The notes beneath the pieces are model-generated. The model saw nothing but the letters and a program-made list of their open reading frames with translations, had not been told where the DNA came from and did no database searches. From an uncultured Verrucomicrobiota bacterium (GTDB lineage: Bacteria > Verrucomicrobiota > Kiritimatiellia > CAIQIC01 > Lenti-01), in assembly GCA_964393515.1 (NCBI GenBank), contig CAYMTY010000012.1, forward strand, positions 3,473-67,472: a DNA stretch of 64,000 nt, written 5' to 3'. Shown here one piece after another: positions 59,170 to 64,000 of this stretch; positions within the stretch are counted from its first letter, which is position 1, and each line of letters opens with the position of its first letter. Made by a program: the position numbers and the translations under genes.

Positions 59170-61506
59170 ATGACACCCGCGACGCATCTGGGAACCTCGC
59201 CGGTCCGGACGGACGCCCCGGCCAAGGTCCGCGGCACGCTCCGCTACACCGACGACCTGATCCGCCCGGGCACCCTCCACGCCGCGGTCCTCTACAGCCC
59301 CCAGGCGCATGCCGAAATCAAGAAAATCGACACCACGGCCGCCGCGGCCGCCCGCGGCGTGCGCGGCGTTTTCACGGGCGCCGACTGGCCGGATATTCTG
59401 ATCGGCCTCTATATGGGCGACAAGCCACCACTCGCCCGCAACAAGGTACGCCATCACGGCGAGCCGGTTGCCGTCGTCGTGGCCGACGAAGAAGCCATCG
59501 CCCAAAACGCCCTGCGGTTGGTGAAGGTCGAATACGCGCCCCTCCCCGCCCTCGGCACCCCGCGCGAGGCGCTCGCGCCGGGCGCGCCGATCCTGCATCC
59601 CGATATGGCGCAATACGCGCGCATCCCCGATATTCTCCCCGAGCCGGGCACCAATATCGCCAACCGCACAAAAATCCGGCAAGGCGACGTGGACAAGGCC
59701 TTTGCCGAAGCGGACGCCGTCGTGGAAGGCGAATTCTCGTTTCCGCCGGGCGACCACGTGGCCCTGGAGCCGCGCGTGGCCATCGCCGAATACGGCGCCG
59801 ACGGACGCCTCGAAATCGACAGCTCCACGCAATCGCCGTTCGAGGTGCGCAATCTCTTGGCTCGCGCCCTGAAGCTGCCCGAGCGGCAGATCCTCGTGCG
59901 GGCGGCCCCCATCGGCGGCGGCTTCGGCGGCAAGGCGGGCATCATGAACGAACCCCTCGCCGCGCTGCTCGCCCTGCGCTTCCCCGGCCGCCCCGTACGT
60001 CTCGCCAACACCCGCGAGGCCGACCTGCTCGCCAGCCCCGGCCGTTGCGGCCTGCAGGCGCGCGTGCGCCTCGCGGCGCGCGCCGACGGCACGCTCCTCG
60101 GCGCGGACATCGAGTTCCTGTTCGATTCCGGCGGCTACGCCGACTACGCCGTCAACGTTTCGCGCGCAGCGGCGATCTCCTGCACCGGGCCCTACCATAT
60201 TCCCGCCGTGAAGGCCGATTCGCTCTGCGTCTACACGAACCACCCCTTCGCCACCGCGTTCCGCGGCTTCGGCCACATCGAACTCTCCTTCGCCACCGAG
60301 CGCGCCATGGACCTCCTGGCCGAGCGTCTGCAAATGGATCCCGCCACGCTGCGCCTGAAAAACGCCATCCGGGAAGGCGATCTCACCCCCACCGGCGCGC
60401 CGATGGACGAAAACACCGGCGACCTGCCCGCCTGCCTGGCAAAGGTGAGGGAGCGCCTGGAATGGGATTTCCAACCGCACCGCGTCGTCCTGCCCGACGG
60501 CAAGATCCGCGCCAAGGGCATTTCCTGCTTCTGGAAGGCCCCGGCCATCCCCACGTTCACCGACGCCGGCGCGGTGCTGTATTTTGCCGAAGACGGCAGC
60601 GCTACGCTCGCCACCGGCGTCATCGAAATCGGCCAGGGCGCACACGAAGGCCTGCGCATGCTCGTGGCCGAGGCGCTCCAGACCGATCTCGACCACGTGC
60701 GCGTGACGCGCCACGTGGACACCAACCGCTCGCCGCACGACTGGGCCACCGCCGCCAGCCGCTCGCTCTTCATGGCCGGCCGCGCCGCGCTCGACGCCGT
60801 CGCCGACGCCGTCGCCCAGATCAAGAATATCGCCGCCGTACCCCTGCACTGCCCAGCGGAAGACCTCGAAGTCACCGGCAACCGCGTGTTCGTCCGCACC
60901 GAGCCGGCGCGCTTCCTGCCGCTGGGAAAAGTGGTCCTGGGCTACGTCCATCCCAACGGCAACTCCATCGGCGGCCCCGTCATCGGCCGCGGGTGGTACA
61001 TCACCCCCGACCTGACCAGCCTCGATCCCGCGACCGGCGCCGGCAAGCCGTGGCTCGAATGGACGCTCGGCGCCGAGGGCGTCGAGGTCGAGATCGATCC
61101 CGCCGACGGCGCCATCCGCGTGCTCAAGGCCGCCTGCACAATGGATGTCGGCAAGGTGGTGCATCCCGCCCTGGCGCGCGGCCAGGCCGTCGGCGCCATG
61201 GCCATGGGCATCGGCTATTCGCTCCAGGAGGGCTTCGTCTTCGACGCTCGCCAAGTGGTCCAGAACGGCAGCCTGCGCGACTACAAGATCATGCGCTACG
61301 GCGAGGATCCGGAATATCTCGTCGATTTCGTCGAAACGCCGCAGCACGACGGTCCCTACGGCCTGCGCGGCCTCGGCGAACAGGGCATCGTCGGCATGCC
61401 CGGCTGCCTCGCGCAGGCGGTTTCGCTCGCCGTCGGCGCGCAGATGACCGCGCTGCCCATGACCCCCGAAACCATCTGGCGGAAAGCCCGGGAGGCCGCG
61501 CCATGA
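59170..61506 (+). CDS. Molybdopterin-dependent oxidoreductase, large (MoCo) subunit of the xanthine dehydrogenase/aldehyde oxidase/CO-dehydrogenase family
   Basis: From ATG 59170 (MTPATHLGTSPVRTDAPAKVRGTLRYTDD...). Ald_Xan_dh_C hammerhead and MoCo-binding domains (GGGFGGK, AFRGFG motifs). 778 aa. The track extends the ORF upstream to 58606 in the same frame, but that part overlaps the cupin gene. Confidence 0.85.
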   Translation: MTPATHLGTSPVRTDAPAKVRGTLRYTDDLIRPGTLHAAVLYSPQAHAEIKKIDTTAAAAARGVRGVFTGADWPDILIGLYMGDKPPLARNKVRHHGEPVAVVVADEEAIAQNALRLVKVEYAPLPALGTPREALAPGAPILHPDMAQYARIPDILPEPGTNIANRTKIRQGDVDKAFAEADAVVEGEFSFPPGDHVALEPRVAIAEYGADGRLEIDSSTQSPFEVRNLLARALKLPERQILVRAAPIGGGFGGKAGIMNEPLAALLALRFPGRPVRLANTREADLLASPGRCGLQARVRLAARADGTLLGADIEFLFDSGGYADYAVNVSRAAAISCTGPYHIPAVKADSLCVYTNHPFATAFRGFGHIELSFATERAMDLLAERLQMDPATLRLKNAIREGDLTPTGAPMDENTGDLPACLAKVRERLEWDFQPHRVVLPDGKIRAKGISCFWKAPAIPTFTDAGAVLYFAEDGSATLATGVIEIGQGAHEGLRMLVAEALQTDLDHVRVTRHVDTNRSPHDWATAASRSLFMAGRAALDAVADAVAQIKNIAAVPLHCPAEDLEVTGNRVFVRTEPARFLPLGKVVLGYVHPNGNSIGGPVIGRGWYITPDLTSLDPATGAGKPWLEWTLGAEGVEVEIDPADGAIRVLKAACTMDVGKVVHPALARGQAVGAMAMGIGYSLQEGFVFDARQVVQNGSLRDYKIMRYGEDPEYLVDFVETPQHDGPYGLRGLGEQGIVGMPGCLAQAVSLAVGAQMTALPMTPETIWRKAREAAP

Positions 61507-62327
61507 TTCCCGCCGACATCGCCTATGTCCGCCCCGACGCCGCCGAGGAAGCCGTCGCCGCCTGGGGCCGCCATCCGGACGCCCGTTACCTTGCCGGCGG
61601 CACCGAAATCACCACCTCCGCCCGCCGCACCGCGGCCTACGACCTCGGCGCCTGCATCGACATCAAGCGCATTCCCGAAGCCAACGTCCACGAAACCTCC
61701 GGGGACCTTCTCCGCCTCGGCGCGGCGCTGACGCTCACGGATATTGCCGACCGCGACCTCTTCCCGCTGCTCTCCGCCGCCTGCCGCGGCATTGCCGACC
61801 GCACCGTCCGCAACCGGCTCACCCTCGGCGGCAACCTCGCCGGCATGCTGCCCTACCGCGAGGCCGCCCTGCCCCTGCTGATCGCCGACGCCGCCGTGCA
61901 GACCATCCTGCCCGGCTCCGGCGGCGCCGCTCCCGTCCGCCGCGAACGCAAGCTGCGCGACATCTTCGACCGGCGGCTGGCTCTGGCCCCCGGCGAACTT
62001 GTGCTGTCGTTCGCCGTGCCCGCCGCGGCCGCGCACTGGCCCTGGCAGCACCGGCGGAAGACCCGCACCGGGGCCGTCGATTATCCGCTCCTCACGACTT
62101 GCCTGATCCGCGACGGAAAAGCCATCCGCCTCGCCATCGCCGGCGCCCATCCCTATCCGTTCCGCTCCGACAAGATCGATGCGGCCCTCACGAAAAACGG
62201 GCTGGCCGCCCTCCCGGCCGTGCTTGACGCCTTCGGGCCATTGCGGTCCGACTCCCGCGCCTCGGCCGAGTACCGCGTCAGCCTGCTCCGGAACCTGATC
62301 CGCTCCGCGCTGGAGGCCCTCGCATGA
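61503..62327 (+). CDS. FAD-binding subunit (CoxM/XdhB-like) of the molybdoenzyme
   Basis: FAD_binding_5 / CO_deh_flav_C architecture (YLAGGTEI, LTLGGNLAG). The start overlaps the large-subunit stop (ATGA). Confidence 0.85.
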   Translation: MIPADIAYVRPDAAEEAVAAWGRHPDARYLAGGTEITTSARRTAAYDLGACIDIKRIPEANVHETSGDLLRLGAALTLTDIADRDLFPLLSAACRGIADRTVRNRLTLGGNLAGMLPYREAALPLLIADAAVQTILPGSGGAAPVRRERKLRDIFDRRLALAPGELVLSFAVPAAAAHWPWQHRRKTRTGAVDYPLLTTCLIRDGKAIRLAIAGAHPYPFRSDKIDAALTKNGLAALPAVLDAFGPLRSDSRASAEYRVSLLRNLIRSALEALA

Positions 62328-62800
62328 AAGAGCTCACCGGCACCGTCGATCTGGTCCTGAACGTCAACGGCGAGGAGCGCCGCGCCGCCGTCCGCCCCGG
62401 CGACACCCTCCTGCGCGTCCTGCGCGAGAAGCTCGGGCTCACCGGCGCCAAGTGCGGGTGCGAGAACGGAGACTGCGGCGCCTGCACCGTCCTGCTCGCC
62501 GGCCGGCCCGTCAAGTCCTGCATGATCCTGGCCGTCGAGTGCGACGGCGCGGCCATCACCACCATCGAAGGCCTGCGCGACCATCCCGTCCAGCAGGCGT
62601 TCATGGAGGAAAACGGCTTCCAATGCGGCTTCTGCACCCCCGGCATGCTCCTCAACGCCGCCGCGCTGGTGGAGGCGCATCCCACGCCCGACGAGGCCGC
62701 CGACCGCGAATGGATGCAGAGCAACCTCTGCCGCTGCACCGGCTACGAGGGCATCCGCCGCGCCCTCGCCCGCGCCCGCGATCTGCGCGCGCCGGAATAA
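62324..62800 (+). CDS. (2Fe-2S)-binding small subunit (CoxS/XdhC-Fe-S-like)
   Basis: Plant-type ferredoxin cluster CGCENGDCGACTV plus a second cluster (QCGFCTPG ... CRCTGY). Confidence 0.9.
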   Translation: MKELTGTVDLVLNVNGEERRAAVRPGDTLLRVLREKLGLTGAKCGCENGDCGACTVLLAGRPVKSCMILAVECDGAAITTIEGLRDHPVQQAFMEENGFQCGFCTPGMLLNAAALVEAHPTPDEAADREWMQSNLCRCTGYEGIRRALARARDLRAPE

Positions 62801-62853
62801 CCGGCCCGCCCGGATTCCCGGTCCCGCCCCCCTCTTTATTCATCTCCTGGCGT

Positions 62854-63369
62854 TTAGAGATCCGCGACGGTGAACTGCCATGTCTCCGACCACCGGACCT
62901 CTTCTTCCGTGCCGCCCGTGGCCGGATCGGGACGCACGGCGGCGGCCTGCCAGTTGTAGGTGCCGATCGGCCTTGTGGATCTGAACGAAGTGCCGTCCAC
63001 ATCGCTCACCTGCCCGTTGACCTTCACCTTGTAGGATGCCGCATCCTCCACGCTGTTCCACCGCAGGCGCACCGTCGCGGCGCCGGCGCGGGCCGCGATC
63101 ACGGCCCCGTTCGCCGGAGCCGTCAGCACCGGCGGGGCGAGAACCTGGTATACCTCGAACCCCACGTAAATATCGGCGTCGACGGCCGGTTCGTTGACTC
63201 CCGTGCCGGTTTCGTCGGCTCCGGCCCCGTCGGTTCCGCCCGTTCCGGTCCCGTCGGCCACGGTCGCCGCCGCCCCGGCGTCGTTGTCGTCATCATCGCA
63301 TCCCGCCATCGGCAGAATGGCGGCCGCGCACAGCCATCCGGCGAGCATCAGCCGGTTCCAGTTCTTCAT
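62854..63369 (-). CDS. Lipoprotein with fibronectin-III-like domain
   Basis: From ATG 63369: MKNWNRLMLAGWLCAAAILPMAGC (lipobox), a Gly/Thr/Asp-rich linker, then an FN3-like segment (PPVLTAPANGAVIAARAGAATVRLRWNSVEDAASYKVKVNG). Confidence 0.5.
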   Translation of the reverse strand: MKNWNRLMLAGWLCAAAILPMAGCDDDDNDAGAAATVADGTGTGGTDGAGADETGTGVNEPAVDADIYVGFEVYQVLAPPVLTAPANGAVIAARAGAATVRLRWNSVEDAASYKVKVNGQVSDVDGTSFRSTRPIGTYNWQAAAVRPDPATGGTEEEVRWSETWQFTVADL

Positions 63370-63614
63370 CGTGACCTCCTTCGGGCAGCGGATTCCGGTT
63401 GCCAGCAACCACCTCGGGAACAAGACCTCCCGCGGCCGGTATCGGCCAGCAGGGCTCGATTCCATGCCCGTCATAGTAGCGGCCTCCGGCGGAGGGATGT
63501 CAACCGCAATGTCCGCCCCCCTCCACTTTCACGTCCGCCCCCCCCCGTGCCGATTAGCCTTTCGTACGCCGCAGGATCCGGCTATACTGCCTGCCAACCC
63601 AACCAAGGAAATCC

Positions 63615-64000
63615 ATGAGAATCGTCTCGCTGTTGCTGGTCGCACTGTTGTCCGTTACCGCCTCCACGTTGGCCGCCGACCTGTCCATCGGCGATCCCGC
63701 GCCGGAGCTGAAGGTTTCTACCTGGGTCAAGGGCGGTCCGGTGGAAAGCCTCGATCCGGCCAAGACCTACGTCGTGGAATTCTGGGCGACGTGGTGCCCG
63801 CCCTGCCGCGCCTCCATCCCCCACCTGACCGAACTGGCCAAGGAATATCCGGACATCACGTTCATCGGGATGAACGTCTGGGAACGCGGCGCGGACGTCG
63901 CGGCCAAGGTGGACCAGTTCGTCGCGGACATGGGTGACAAGATGGACTACCCCGTCGCGATGGACACGGACGACCAGTTCATGGCGAAGAACTGGATGAC
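63615..64000 (+). CDS. Secreted TlpA/ResA-like thiol-disulfide oxidoreductase (thioredoxin fold). The 3' end runs off the window.
   Basis: Manual translation: MRIVSLLLVALLSVTASTLAADLSIGDPAPELKVSTWVKGG...YVVEFWATWCPPCRASIPHL. WCPPC is the redox motif. Not in the track because it is edge-truncated. Confidence 0.75.
   Translation, partial: MRIVSLLLVALLSVTASTLAADLSIGDPAPELKVSTWVKGGPVESLDPAKTYVVEFWATWCPPCRASIPHLTELAKEYPDITFIGMNVWERGADVAAKVDQFVADMGDKMDYPVAMDTDDQFMAKNWM

Noticed and set aside
59143-61347. 734-aa minus ORF opposite the molybdoenzyme large subunit
   Set aside because: Antisense artefact. The sense frame has Ald_Xan_dh/MoCo-binding signatures and operon coupling to the FAD and Fe-S subunits.

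Overview
High-GC (about 68%) bacterial chromosomal segment. It looks like a diderm organism: Mla, ExbB/ExbD/TonB, many lipoproteins and signal peptides, and giant TSP3/LamG/VWA/subtilase surface proteins. The six-frame track contains many spurious antisense ORFs caused by GC content, and it omits two genes cut by the window edges. Manual translation recovered both: a metallophosphoesterase at the left edge and a TlpA-like thioredoxin at the right edge.

Housekeeping content, left to right:
- M16 peptidase, DedA/TVP38 membrane protein, trxB, msbA-like ABC exporter, TrpR-family regulator, NfeD protease, flavodoxin-like protein.
- A minus-strand operon: WP-repeat secreted protein, then mlaE-mlaF-mlaD, then a small secreted protein, with ATGA overlaps.
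- Dihydropyrimidinase-like amidohydrolase, panD, tsaB, a UDG-family glycosylase, msrB, cdaA-cdaR.
- hisC and hisD; a TPR protein with exbB-exbD-tonB-like; uvrA.
- A nucleotidyltransferase + small protein + SWIM zinc-finger module.
- Cupin; a CoxL/M/S-type molybdoenzyme operon; a lipoprotein.

Accessory content, 23.4-44.7 kb, is one apparent minus-strand operon made of two consecutive cassettes. Each cassette is a small secreted acidic coiled-coil protein followed by a giant secreted multidomain protein (2987 aa dual-subtilase/NHL; 3343 aa LamG/VWA/TSP3).

Non-coding signals:
- A low-GC array of DnaA-box-like palindromic sites (TTTTCCACA) at about 15.63-15.79 kb.
- A conserved roughly 160-bp palindromic element with covarying terminal inverted repeats, present twice (15.83-15.98 kb and 46.24-46.40 kb).
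- A roughly 22% GC island with paired 24/26-bp palindromes at 18.59-18.73 kb.
- A 77-bp BIME-like tandem repeat at 22.99-23.26 kb.
- Recurring heptanucleotide repeat arrays in promoter regions: (GGTTCAC)n, (TTCTGAC)n and (TTGGATA)n.
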